A DNA stretch of 20,000 bases, from contig KZ538464.1 of assembly GCA_000934665.2 (NCBI GenBank), positions 48,620 through 68,619 of the forward strand. Direction: 5' to 3'. Source of the stretch: Catajapyx aquilonaris (taxonomy: Eukaryota). The position numbers and the translations under genes are program-made. Below are positions 8,663 to 19,518 of the stretch, piece after piece (positions within the stretch are counted from its first letter, which is position 1; each line of letters begins with the position of its first letter). The notes beneath the pieces were generated by a model. It ran no database searches, was not told the DNA's origin, and was given only the letters and a program-made list of their open reading frames with translations.

Positions 8663-9379
8663 CAGTGAAACCTGCCCATAACGGACCCTGGATATAGCGG
8701 AAACCTATCCATTACGGAATTTTTTCCGGGAACAGGCATATGCATAGGGCATACAATGTATTTTTTGACGGATATAACTGAACCTGCCCAACGCGGAAAC
8801 TAAAGGGATTTTTGACTCCCTTCAGAGAAAATCCCTGTTCATAGCGGAAATCAAAAGGTTCGCATTATATCCTGCAAGTCACAAAAATAGAAACTACAGC
8901 CGGGTTCACTATCCGCAATTCCAGGTGGCCTCTGAGTAACCCCTTTTGGACCACGTGTGTCTAGTAATTTCTGGAATTGCTATGGCCTGTGGCCTTGAAA
9001 TAAATGGTGAGGAGAGGGGGACTATTTTTGGTTGCGAAACTCGAAAATCTGCTTTTGGGACAGGCCAAGAAGATGTGACTCATGTGACTCGTAGGTGCCT
9101 TTTAGTTCACGGTTCAGTCCAGTTATGTCGGAGAGGAGGAAGGGGTTGACACGGGTTCAACATATTGCCAGAATCCGGGCTGATGGTACAATGGAGCAGG
9201 CAAAGTTAGGATTTTGCACCATATTGAGGTAAGGTGCTTATTTTTGCTCTCCCAATTTTCCTGTCTTTCTCGCGAGCAAAAAAAATGAGTAACTTCCTTG
9301 ATCTGGTTATAGCGGAAACCTGTCCATAGTGGAAAAATTATGGGGTCCCGTGCGATTCCGCTATACACAGGTTTCACTG
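8663..9379. mobile_element. pogo/Tigger-like non-autonomous DNA transposon, 717 bp
   Basis: TA|CAGTGAAACCTG...CAGGTTTCACTG|TA; subterminal repeats TATAGCGGAAACCT(A/G)TCC near both ends; no transposase ORF recognised. Confidence 0.88.
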
Positions 9380-10324
9380 TATAAGAAACCTGAATAATGT
9401 CTTCATCTGGTACCTCGTGAAACAGGTCACTATTGTGCTCCTTGCCAATATGACAGCCACCTGTGAGATGCCTGCGATCCTGCTGTATCAGGGGAAATCT
9501 ATTTGAAGGGTAGTGAAGTAATTTCTAACCCACAGTTTAAATGCCATGTCAGGGGCAGATGCTGGGCATGACCATGATGTTAAAATGTTGTTGAATAGTG
9601 CCATCCTTTGTGCATAAATGCTGGAAATTTGGAAAGCGTCATTTGCAATGGAAGCTACGATTCATACATCATGTCAGTTGCTGCCTTCTGGGGCACAGTG
9701 GTCCACAGACCAGTGAGCACCTTTTTGTGGACAACCCTTTTGCCTCTGTACAGCACTTAATGTCATCGTAGTTTTATATAGTACTAATGGTAGTATGAAA
9801 GAAAGTTCATTCAGCAAAGGATGTGGCAGGACAAGGTCAGCATTCCTGAGAGAGAAAATGTTTCACTTGTGTCTGCAGGTTGCAGTAACATAAGTCCCTT
9901 TTATTTATTTACTGTTTATTTAGAGGGGTTAGATGTAGGATAAAAAATAAAATGTACTTCTTGTGTGAATTAGGGGTCCCAATCACTTCCACTGTGCCTT
10001 GTAGAACACGTGCAGGTGTATGAATTTATAAACTCCATTACCAGACAGAAACCTGCACCTCTCTTGTTTATAAAATCAAGCAATCAGGCAATACCATTGG
10101 ACTTAGTGGATGTCCGTAGTAAAGTTAATGTTGTATACAAACCATAATATAGTAATGAGAATGGATAAATAATTAACTGTGTAACTTTTGTTACCAGAAA
10201 GTACATTTTATACTTGAAAGTTTTTTGTCGCGAAATCGTCGTTAATCTCGAAAAACAGGCAAAAATGTTTGGCCTTTAGAATGGTACCATACTCGACACG
10301 ATTGCATTAAAATTGCGGACATAT

Positions 10325-11196
10325 CCTCCTGAGACCTGATGTCGACTTCTGTCGACATCCGTAAAAAAAAATTTGGCGCCAGCTAGTGATGCCAACAGAA
10401 CTGTAATCTGTTGGTATCCCATGATTACAATCTGGCCTCAATAGGTGTAGCCACCTAGTGTCGATTATCTGACTTTGGCAGCGGAAATTAAATCATGAAA
10501 ATGGCGGATTCCGCTGCTGAAGCTAGGCGCTCATCTGATAAGTTTTATTTTTTTACTCATATTTAGAATGCGATTTTTGCAATGCAGTGAATGTCCTGGG
10601 ATTCTCAAGGAATGTGTATTAGGAAATACGAAAAGATGTGTCTGTGACAATCTTGGTTGCTGTAGAGAACTGGTAATAATTTTCTTTTCTTCTTGAGACC
10701 AAATGTCCATTTTAATGGACATCCGATTTTATTTTTTTTTGCTGAATGGGCTGTACCTGTAGACCCATAAGGAAGTGTGCTTTGCACTATACAGTTCAGT
10801 TTTAAAATCTAGAATAATGAGGTACCATGCTAAGGGGTAAGAAGGGAAGGAGCAAGCCCCATGCCTGGAGTGGTGGCATTCAAAGATAATTTCATTTATC
10901 TTTAATTGTCTTCTGAGAGTAATTGCTACCACGAATTCCACAAATGAATTTAAAAAACATTGTTTTGAGGATAGAGCACTATGTTAGTGATAATTGAGTG
11001 GTATTTAAATTTTCAGCTTTCATCCGTTCTGCTTTTGTAGCACCAATTGGGTCCTAATGTTCTCATTGGTTGTTTGTCATTAGTTTTGTCAATATTTTAA
11101 AACTAATTTTTTTTTCTCGTTTCTTATTGGGAAAATGTTCAGAAAATGCAATAGGAACTGAAATTGCGTTAATAATTCTTCCCGGGTCTCAGGAGG
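10325..11196. mobile_element. piggyBac-like non-autonomous element with ATAT TSD, 872 bp
   Basis: ATAT|CCTCCTGAGACC...GGTCTCAGGAGG|ATAT; 12-bp perfect TIR; subterminal palindrome ATGTCGAC-TTCT-GTCGACAT at 10339-10358. Confidence 0.85.
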
Positions 11197-11530
11197 ATAT
11201 AGCCGCAGAAATGTGTCCGATTTTTCGCGATTCTTGCCGCCATGTTAATCAAATGGACTTTTAGAAGACACTGTTTTCTGCTGACTTCAACTCGCCGTAA
11301 AGGTCATTTCTAGGCCGAAAATGGTTAAAAGACGAACTGCAGGTGCCCAGGCCAAATCATCTACTTTTTTGATACAATTTCTGTGTCGATTATTGAACCA
11401 TTTTTGCAGCCGTACAGAGTGTATGTTTTCGGTTGGAAACCAATGATCTGGTGTGTTTTCTGTCACTACAAGTTGTTGAGTGATGGAGGTTATTTTTGAG
11501 ACGTTTTGACACTCCATGTATATATTGCAG

Positions 11531-11563
11531 GTGCGCAAAGACATGATGAAGGACAAGTCCTGA
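11531..11563 (+). CDS. Probable terminal coding exon of the kelch-like gene (VRKDMMKDKS*)
   Basis: Acceptor atatattgcag|GTG; phase 0 matches the donor at 7381; gives a short charged C-terminus ...CVSLQVRKDMMKDKS-TGA. Inferred without transcript data; alternatives are listed in findings. Confidence 0.6.
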   Translation: MRKDMMKDKS

Positions 11564-12390
11564 CGATCTCGAAAGTACCAGTTCCATCTTGGATTCAGCC
11601 TACCTCGCCATGTTTGGCGCTCCAAGACACTTTCTTTATCTTTTTCTAAAAGCCGATAGTTTAGTACATACATCAAAGCCAAAGTACAACCTCCTCATCT
11701 TCTGATGCATTAGGCGATTAGGGTATTGGAAAAATTTTGTAAGTAGGGGTGCACTGATGTTGCTCTTTCTTGTGATGCCAATATAATATGGAGACTGATG
11801 TTACTGATATCAATTACTGAGATTGTGTTGAAAATAATATTTCAGTGCATGACACACAAACTGCCAAAATTTCAAAGGTGTCAGTTCTAGAAATGTTTTC
11901 GTTTGTAACACAGTTTATGGCAGCTAACTGCTTGGCACCCATGTTACCATGTTTGCCTCTCACAGACCCTCACCTTTAGGCATGATAGTGACATGACACT
12001 GCAGTTATTTTTCTGATTCAGTTCTGGCAACTACGGAACCCTCCTTACCATAATCATGTGTTTACATAGGATGAAAGCAAAAATGATGACTGCAGAAATT
12101 GTCACAAATGTGCAATAACAGTCTCTTTCTTTTAAACATCATTTATTCATGATTTATTGGTGTCAGTGACTCCCCTTGTATGTGTTGTCATTTTATAATG
12201 TTTCCATGTGGTATCAGAATTTTGGGATAATTTTACTGATACCTGCAATTGCATTTTTACTTAATGTCAGTCTGCCTCTACCATTTGTGCAATGCTGTAA
12301 ATTCCCAGTGTTAATTTTAACAGCTTTCAGATCTACAGTCAAAGCTAGTCATCCAAATTGGATGAAGTCATGAAAATGGTTGCACTGAAC

Positions 12391-12683
12391 CAGCCCCCTG
12401 TCACTCCTCTAATACGGTCATGTAATATCTGTGTCCCATCGTTTGCTAGGCCACCATCTTGATCAAGGTGCAACACGGGTGGTAGGTAGCGGGTGAGTCT
12501 GCCGCAGTCTGCTGATGGGCTCGATCTTTCTTTGCTTCCGCAGACTTACCACTTCGGTGCACCTTGAACAAGATGCGGTATAGCGAAGGCTGTAGCACTG
12601 CCAGCGCCAAAATCCGGACTGGCGGAGGCACAGGAATTAAACTACTGTATCCATACGGATAGGGGGGAAGTGACAGGGGGCTG
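12391..12683. mobile_element. MITE with 8-bp TSD (hAT or P superfamily), 293 bp, in the putative 3' UTR
   Basis: CACTGAAC|CAGCCCCCTGTCACT...AGTGACAGGGGGCTG|CACTGAAC; 15-bp perfect TIR; internal inverted repeat 12455-12472 / 12558-12575 (17/18). Confidence 0.92.
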
Positions 12684-13856
12684 CACTGAACAGAGATGGT
12701 GCATGTTATACATTATCAAACAAGACCAATGCTATTCAGAGGCCCTCAGAGGGACCACTATAGAATGACTTCGATTGAAGCAGCAGTGCATTTTGAAATA
12801 TCAGTCTAGTCAGAAGGACTTCATTGTAACTGCCTGCTCATATGCAGTTGAAGTGGAAAGAGTGACAAAGTTGGGAATATGGTCAACAAGTATCCACCAC
12901 TACCGTATTGTGGGCAAATAGTTCTTATAATTATTGAGATTTGAATAATGGGTGGTTCTTCACATGGAAAGATGTGGAGAACACTATGTGGTTAGCCCTA
13001 GGGGTACCGGTCAGTAACGGGTAGTTGTCACATGGTACCTGATATCATAATCCATTTTAGTGCAATTCATGTTGAGATTAACAAAATTGCATTGCAGTAT
13101 TGATAACAAAGCTGGATTGCCCAAGTGATTTTATGTGCCATAAGCAGTATTTTTTTCTTTAGTGTTGGGTGATGTCCTAAGGCAATGACTTTTAGGTGTG
13201 TGTTTTTTGTTTACTTGATTGATTTTTTAAGAGATTTGTGTGGCCTGATCTTAATGGTATCAAAAGTGACTATGTGGAGTGAACTTTGTAGTTAATTAAT
13301 ACTCAGTCAATATTTCTTTTTTCTTAGTGTTTCAATTTGTATTTCCCTCCTAGAAGGATTTGATTTTGTCCTTTTTAATTTAAAAATTTTCATCCTAGAC
13401 ACAAGAGTTATATTCAGTGAGACTATTGTCAAGCCTTTACCTAATCGTACTTTTGATTTCTCTTTGATCTGTAGTGTTGTAGTGAACTTCGTGAATTTAA
13501 AAAAAGTTATGTTGTGATGAATGAAAATTGTATTACGCATGCATTACATAAAAAGGCAGGAAAAGTTCTTTTTTGCTCTTTTTAGTTACTGTGATAGGGG
13601 ATTGGGAGGACATTTAACCGAGAATGGAAATGTTGTAGCATTATTCAGGTTGCCCTACTTTAAAACTAATGAAGGTATGACTGCATTGAGAACGTGTGAT
13701 GTAACTTAGCTTCCATCTACATTGTAGAAGATGCCAAGTAATGTGTGAAGTTGGTCTGCCAATATGGTAAGGGGGCAGCACTATTGGGATTGTGTTTTAA
13801 CAACAGTACAACCGCATCACTCCCGAACCTGACATATACTGCTAGATATTGCTGAG

Positions 13857-14492
13857 GGGTGTATAGTCCAAATCTGCAGTGGAGTTATGGACGGAAGTCT
13901 TCACTGTAACCAATCAGGAGTTGCAAGTACAGGGTGAAGGGAAACTTGAAAACAATCGCGAGGTAGACTGATAGTACTCGCAAAACTAATATAGGAATGT
14001 GCAATTAGTTTTGGGCTCCGTTACATAGTTAATGCGTACGGCGCCATCAAAGTTTCATTCCGTTTCACTTCCGTTCCGCCAGCTTCAATGAAGCAAAAGT
14101 CAGCTTGAGGGCCTCCGGTCCCTTGCCTTGGTCCCATAACATATCGTCCATGTGCAATAGGTGATCAAATCCCGTCAGATTAAGAATCCGGATACGACAC
14201 CCGTGCACTTTGTCGTTTTACCTCTATTTTACCATCCGGCCCTCTACACTTTAAGGGCGCTGTACGCATTAACTACTCAATGGAGCCAAAACCTAATTGC
14301 ACATCCCTATATTAGTTTTGCGAGTACTATAAGTTTACCTGGTGCTTGTCTGTGAATTTTCCTTCACCCTGTACATTATGAATGTAAATATAAGGATGAT
14401 AATATACACATGTCATTATCATACGCCAGCTTCATGATTGGTTATAGTGGTTGGCTAACTTCCTCACTGCTGCTATTTTGGCCTATATGCCC
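13857..14492. mobile_element. Older inverted-repeat element (possibly Harbinger-like) interrupted by the 13930-14371 MITE
   Basis: Left GGGTGTATAGTCCAAAT..GCAGTG..CACTGTAACCAATCAGGAGTTG versus right-end reverse complement GGGCATATAGGCCAAAAT..GCAGTG..CACTATAACCAATCATGAAGCTG; ends approximate. Confidence 0.6.
13930..14371. mobile_element. Tc1/mariner-type foldback MITE, 442 bp
   Basis: TA|CAGGGTGAAGG...CCTTCACCCTG|TA; arms of about 120 bp including TAGTACTCGCAAAACTAATATAGG(A/G)ATGTGCAATTAG. Confidence 0.9.
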
Positions 14493-14689
14493 TGTACTTT
14501 GAGTTGAATCTGCCAGGAGGAAACGACTTTAGAAATCCAACATAGCCATATCACACCTTTCTTGCTACCTCCCCTTTCCCAGCACGGATGGATTATAATG
14601 TCTTGTTCATTATATTTGCAACTGCTAATCTGCAGATTGTATTGAAATGAGGGCAAGAATAAGAATGATTGTTGTCCACGTACCTATTT

Positions 14690-14901
14690 GAAGGGCTCGG
14701 GAAACCTGTGCATTGAAAGGCATAACGCTGAGAAAAATTGACACCTATTAAGAAATTGTCAGACGATGGCAGGCCAGTTCTGTGCTACATGTCTGTGACA
14801 GCAACCCCTCGAACCAAATGATATTTGGATCAGGCAGAATCTTGGGAAAGAAGGCAGAAAGACTGAACATGAAATATAAAAACACGATGCCCGAGCCCTT
14901 C
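14690..14901. mobile_element. MITE sharing the GAAGGGCTCGGG terminus with 4541-4631, 212 bp
   Basis: 12-bp perfect TIR GAAGGGCTCGGG...CCCGAGCCCTTC; flanks ATTT/AACT do not form a clean TSD. Confidence 0.65.
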
Positions 14902-14924
14902 AACTGATCATTGTGCTGAAGTAT

Positions 14925-14930
14925 AATAAA
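14925..14930 (+). promoter_or_regulatory. Candidate polyadenylation signal of the kelch-like gene
   Basis: First AATAAA I found after the stop at 11563, followed by a GT/T-rich tract (GTTTATTAGTTGTTTTTTTC); would imply a 3' UTR of about 3.4 kb. Confidence 0.3.
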
Positions 14931-15149
14931 ATTCATATTGATAATTGACTGTTTATTAGTTGTTTTTTTCCTTTTGGTAATACACTATATTGAGTTGCAG
15001 AATCTAGCATCTGAAGAGGCTCATTAGGGGGTTATTTGCTAGTGTAAGAAGTTTTACTTTTCACTCAATTTTTCTGGAGAGGGAGAGCTGCCTTCATGAT
15101 GATGACTGAGTCTCTTCTCTCTAGTTCAGCCTGCTTAGGGAGATGGGAC

Positions 15150-15382
15150 ACTTTTATAATTGATATTAGGGAGGTTGGCCTGGCATTGCCTCTTCAACCT
15201 CCAAGGATAGGGAAGGAAGGAAGCGTCTGTGGCCTATTATACGGAAGCGACCCCGGAATTATCCTAGGAAGACCATGGAAAACTACAGAAAACCACGGTC
15301 AGGATCGTCGGCCCCAGGATTCGAACCCAGGACCTCCCGATTAGCAGTCGGATGCCTTATCCACCATGCCAACCTGCTTCAG
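15150..15382 (-). mobile_element. Full-length tRNA-derived SINE with 14-bp TSD
   Basis: TSD TAGGGAGATGGGAC at 15136-15149 and 15383-15396; minus-strand A box TGGCATGGTGG (15361-15371), B box GGTTCGAATCC (15317-15327), anticodon-like arm CCGA-CTGCTAA-TCGG, 3' stem GGAGGTTG/CAACCTCC and AT-rich tail. Confidence 0.92.
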
Positions 15383-15871
15383 TAGGGAGATGGGACCGCT
15401 GGAGGGGAGATAATTGCTCTGTCTCTCCAGAAAATGGGAGGATTAAAAAATATATCCACCATCAGTTTGTATTATCTGGGAGTAGAGCCTCAACAGTGGC
15501 AGAGTTTCTTTGAAATTGCTGCTATATGTGCCACCTAAGTGTAGTGTAGGAATCAGTGAGGATCAGGTAAATTGAGTTGAGCTATTTTTTCTGCTCTCTG
15601 GCTAGAAGTGTTGACTTGGAAAGAGTTACCATTTTGTCATGAAATGCAATATGACGGTTGATTATTATTCGAAACAAGCTTGTAATTTTTAATAGTCTGT
15701 TCCCACTGAAATATTGTACTACATGATATCAGGTGGTAGTGGATTTTTTTTAGCACCCAAGTAGATGTGCAAGTAAACATGAGTCAATAGCTAAGAGTAC
15801 CATTTTTACCACAAGTCAAGAAGGATGATCCCTATACATAAATGAAACCAAGGTATTATTGTATTCAGCAG

Positions 15872-16274
15872 AAGGGTGTCGAGCAACCTGGAAATCCGGC
15901 AAATATCCCTCAATTTTATTGTTCTGGAAAAATCAGGGAATTTCTTTGCCAGTCTGGAATTCTTCCCAATGAGGAATCGGTGACAATGGCAGTGCGAGCG
16001 CCAGCCACCCTTCTCCTCACAACTGCCTTGCCACCGGCTCCACCTTGGTTGGAGTTCAGCCCTACTGGGATTCCAGGGCTCTTTGAGTCGCATTACAACT
16101 CTTTCTGTTACACAATTACTCAAATTGTCATCGAACTACCTGCATTTTTTGTCAATACACACTGCACTGTACAAGCCATATGAATCAGAGAAATTCTGTG
16201 AAATGAGCACTGGAAAACCTGGAAGTATCAGGGAGTTTTTGTTTTTTTTTTCCTTCGGTTCACTAGACACCCTG
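15872..16274. mobile_element. hAT-like MITE with apparent 5-bp TSD (hAT5-like), 403 bp
   Basis: AGCAG|AAGGGTGTCGAG...CTAGACACCCTG|AGCAG; subterminal CTGGAAA / TCAGGGA repeats at both ends. Confidence 0.72.
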
Positions 16275-19200
16275 AGCAGGTTTTAATATGTATGCAGGGT
16301 GTTCCAATTGAAATGTCTGCTTTCATTAGTTGGTGTTTTTTTGCACTAAACTGATTATTTCTTTTATTTTACATTGGGAGAATTGCTTAACTGATTAAGC
16401 AGTTGTGTTAAGTGGTTATCAATAGTAGGCTATAAACCACTAATGTTAGGTTGCATGGGACCATGGTTTTAAAGGCCTGAAAAATAATTGACCAGTCATT
16501 GACTTTTAGTCTATCAATAGGAACAAGATAGTTTATCGTGGAATTTCGGGTCCTAAAAGGTCCTCACAAGAGGTGCGTATTTTCTGTCAGATCGGTTCTT
16601 TGAGATTTGGGGCTGGTTCCTGGTTGCACCAACGCCAACTAAGATTCAAGTGAGGGTTTTCCCTTGCCAGCCATTAGTGGATTTATCTTGTTTGACCACA
16701 ACGAGATACAATGGTCACTCTCGGCAACTCCTAGATGGCAGAGCTATTACTCAGCAAATGTGTGCCTGTCTCTCGAAGGCTTCGCCCATTTTGCCACCAG
16801 TGTCGCCAGTGGATACATAAACGTTGCAAATCGATGATCAACAGAATACGGAGCCTACTATATAAATAGACTACATTTAAAGTGAAATATTATGCACAAA
16901 TTGGTTCTTATAAAATGTGTCTGTGTGGCTACGAGGAGGGGGTGCGTAGACAAGCTGACATGATGTATCTAACTGTATGCCTGTATTCGATGGAACATTT
17001 TCGGATTTGCTTGATTTTGGAGTCTTTGCTAAGTGTACGTATTCTATGGCATAAATGTACTGTAGGCGTATGCTAATTCGTCGAAAATATCCAGTCCATT
17101 GATGCTATTACGATTCGTATATCGGGCACCATTTTGCATGCCACGCAACCAAATATAAAATGGTAGCCTATAGTGATGTCACGAATCTTTAAAATGGTTA
17201 GAAACGTTTAGGGTTACTCGCCTTATTTTCAGCAAAATTACCTTGATAATGTTGATGGGGATGTTTATATAAAATATGCTATTTATGAAGTTTTTATGGG
17301 CACACAAAATGAACAAATGAGCAAGAGCCATAACTATCAAGATCCACTTAACTTATTGCTTTTTTTTTCGGCGACTGCGCACTTACGAATTAAGGACAAA
17401 TAATTTTTAGATTATATTTCCATATAATGTAGATTTTTCAGAAGAACAAAGTGGAAGTTCATGCATTTCATCTTCTGATTCATGTGTATTATAGCTGATG
17501 TCGAGCAAAATTGCAACAAATGGTATTCTCTTGTCAGGCGTGACATGACACGATTCCAAATTGCAATATCCGATTTCTGCGGAGCCCTAAGAGCCAGTAC
17601 CTCCGTGACGAAAATGCGGCAAAATATTTTATCGATTTCCTTCTGGTCCTGTCGCATTTTGCCATTTTGCATTCACATCAGTTTGTGGTTAAGTAATGTA
17701 TTGGCAACCCTCCGAACCGAAATGAGCCCCACCGCTAGTATCGCCTCATAATGCGTATTAAATTATATCCCAGCCCCATGTTAAGCAGGATGTTTCATTT
17801 GGGAGCCTGCTAAGACTATCGACAAAAACGTACTGCGTTTGAGTGCTAGCTATTTTTCTTTCTACAAAAGACTCCAGATAATGGGATGCGATTATTCAAG
17901 CGCAAAGGAGCAACTTGAAGAAGCCCCTTTGTGTCTGATAGGGGGGGTGGGGTGGGGGAAAAGAATGTGGGCTCATTAAAAAGACTTTCCAGTGGTTATT
18001 CGCACCAGAAGAGGCGTCCTTGAGATGGCAACGTCCACTCCATCAACGTCAGGCCTTGCTGACATTGACAGACATGCTGCAGAATTTGGGCTTCCAAGTC
18101 CCCCTATTCCCCCATCGGGACTTGCGGCAAGGCCAAATCGAACCAATGGAACTTCTCGACATTGCAGATTAGGTTTTCTCCAAACTTCCCTATTCCGGTA
18201 ATAGATTGTGGACTCGTATTTCCATCCAAAAGTGTGGAAGTTCCTCCACCAGATCCCAGTACTTCAAGAAGTTCTCTCCGAATGGAATTAGCTCCCAAGT
18301 TGCCAACTCAATTTTCGGAAGCTACTAGCCTATTATAATATGTAATTGCGACGCTTCGTTGGAAATGTGGTGTGCCAAATGTGACCAAGTCATGCGACAG
18401 TTTTTGGGCTTACCAATTTTTATGAGGAAATCCTCATAGAAATAGTATTTCTAACGTGAAATCGGATGAGTTGATTTCATGTGCATAAGTTAATTACATT
18501 TTATACGAAGATGTTGCAGGGGAAAGAAGTCATGTGACGTGCCTGATTTGGTAATCGCAAGCCTGCAGCTTATTAATACACTTGGCACAGTTCCGAGACT
18601 GCAATTGTCGTATTTTTTGGGAGAATTCATTTAGGGTACTATATTCTGCGCAATTACAGATGTTTATTACTCTAATAAAGTCGAGAATGTCTTGCCAAGT
18701 TATAATTCTTCAAGTGTTCTCGCCCACTGCAGTTTTATTCAAGGACGAAATCTGATAAGAGCTCGATATATGATTGTAGCACGAAATATGACACAGCCAC
18801 ACAATGTGGTACACAGCATGTAAGAGATATATACCTGGATGCGTAATACTCGGGAATGGTAAGGTATAGTGACAAAAATATCACACACCTTGTACACAGT
18901 ATGTAGTACTCGACAAGTAATGGCGTGAAGCAGGTGTTGCCCGGAATATCAAACTGATTTTTCTGTTTTGTTTGAAATCAGTGCAATAACAGCTGATGGC
19001 AGTAATTGGAAATTAATAACCATCGTGTCACAAGCACAGCTGTATACTCCCATTTTTAATGTCATGATTTTAATGCTGATGTCATCATTGCTTTTATTGC
19101 AAAGCAAGTCGCAGGAAAATGGCAACAAAGGTGATTAAAAATGGCAGTGTAAGTTCTTTCCTCCACACACCCTTCCCCAACCTCCTCCAAAAACACTATG

Positions 19201-19518
19201 TTACTGCTGTTGACAGGTAACAATGAAGAATTAATGCTTAGTAGTATTAAAGTAAGGGTCACATTCACCTCTGAAATCATACCAGTGCATCTCATTTCTA
19301 AGTCCTTTTGAGCTGACACCATCATCCGCCAGACATGTGGAGATGAAGCTAATTATTCGGATTAACTGCGCGTATGTAGACTGTATGCTGCTCATTGGCT
19401 GGAGTTTGTAAGGAGGCAATGAAAATGAAGTCGGCTTGATTATAGGTGTTTTATATAGTTAGAGCCATAGTATTGCATACTACATGAAAGTTCCTTTCAC
19501 GTGATAAATTCTTGTAAC

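Noticed and set aside
9600..9750. Minus-strand KGCPQ..LW and a weak ADD-like motif suggesting LINE reverse transcriptase
   Set aside because: Needs several frameshifts and lacks a real YADD; unsupported without a profile search.
11287..11682. 131-aa minus-strand ORF
   Set aside because: No recognisable motif; antisense to the probable terminal exon.
12070..12135. Acceptor-like TTTACATAG|GAT giving DESKNDDCRNCHKCAITVSFF* as last exon
   Set aside because: Lies downstream of the better acceptor at 11530 and is more simply 3' UTR; not excluded without RNA data.
15300..15382. Possible functional tRNA gene
   Set aside because: No clear acceptor stem, and it is embedded in a TSD-flanked element with body and tail, so it is a SINE head.
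17941..17958. G-rich tract as a G-quadruplex
   Set aside because: Only three G runs; no supporting context.
19150..19205. Minus peptide NIVFLEEVGEGC resembling a tyrosine-kinase Gly-rich loop
   Set aside because: Third Gly of GxGxxG and the VAxK motif are missing; treated as chance.
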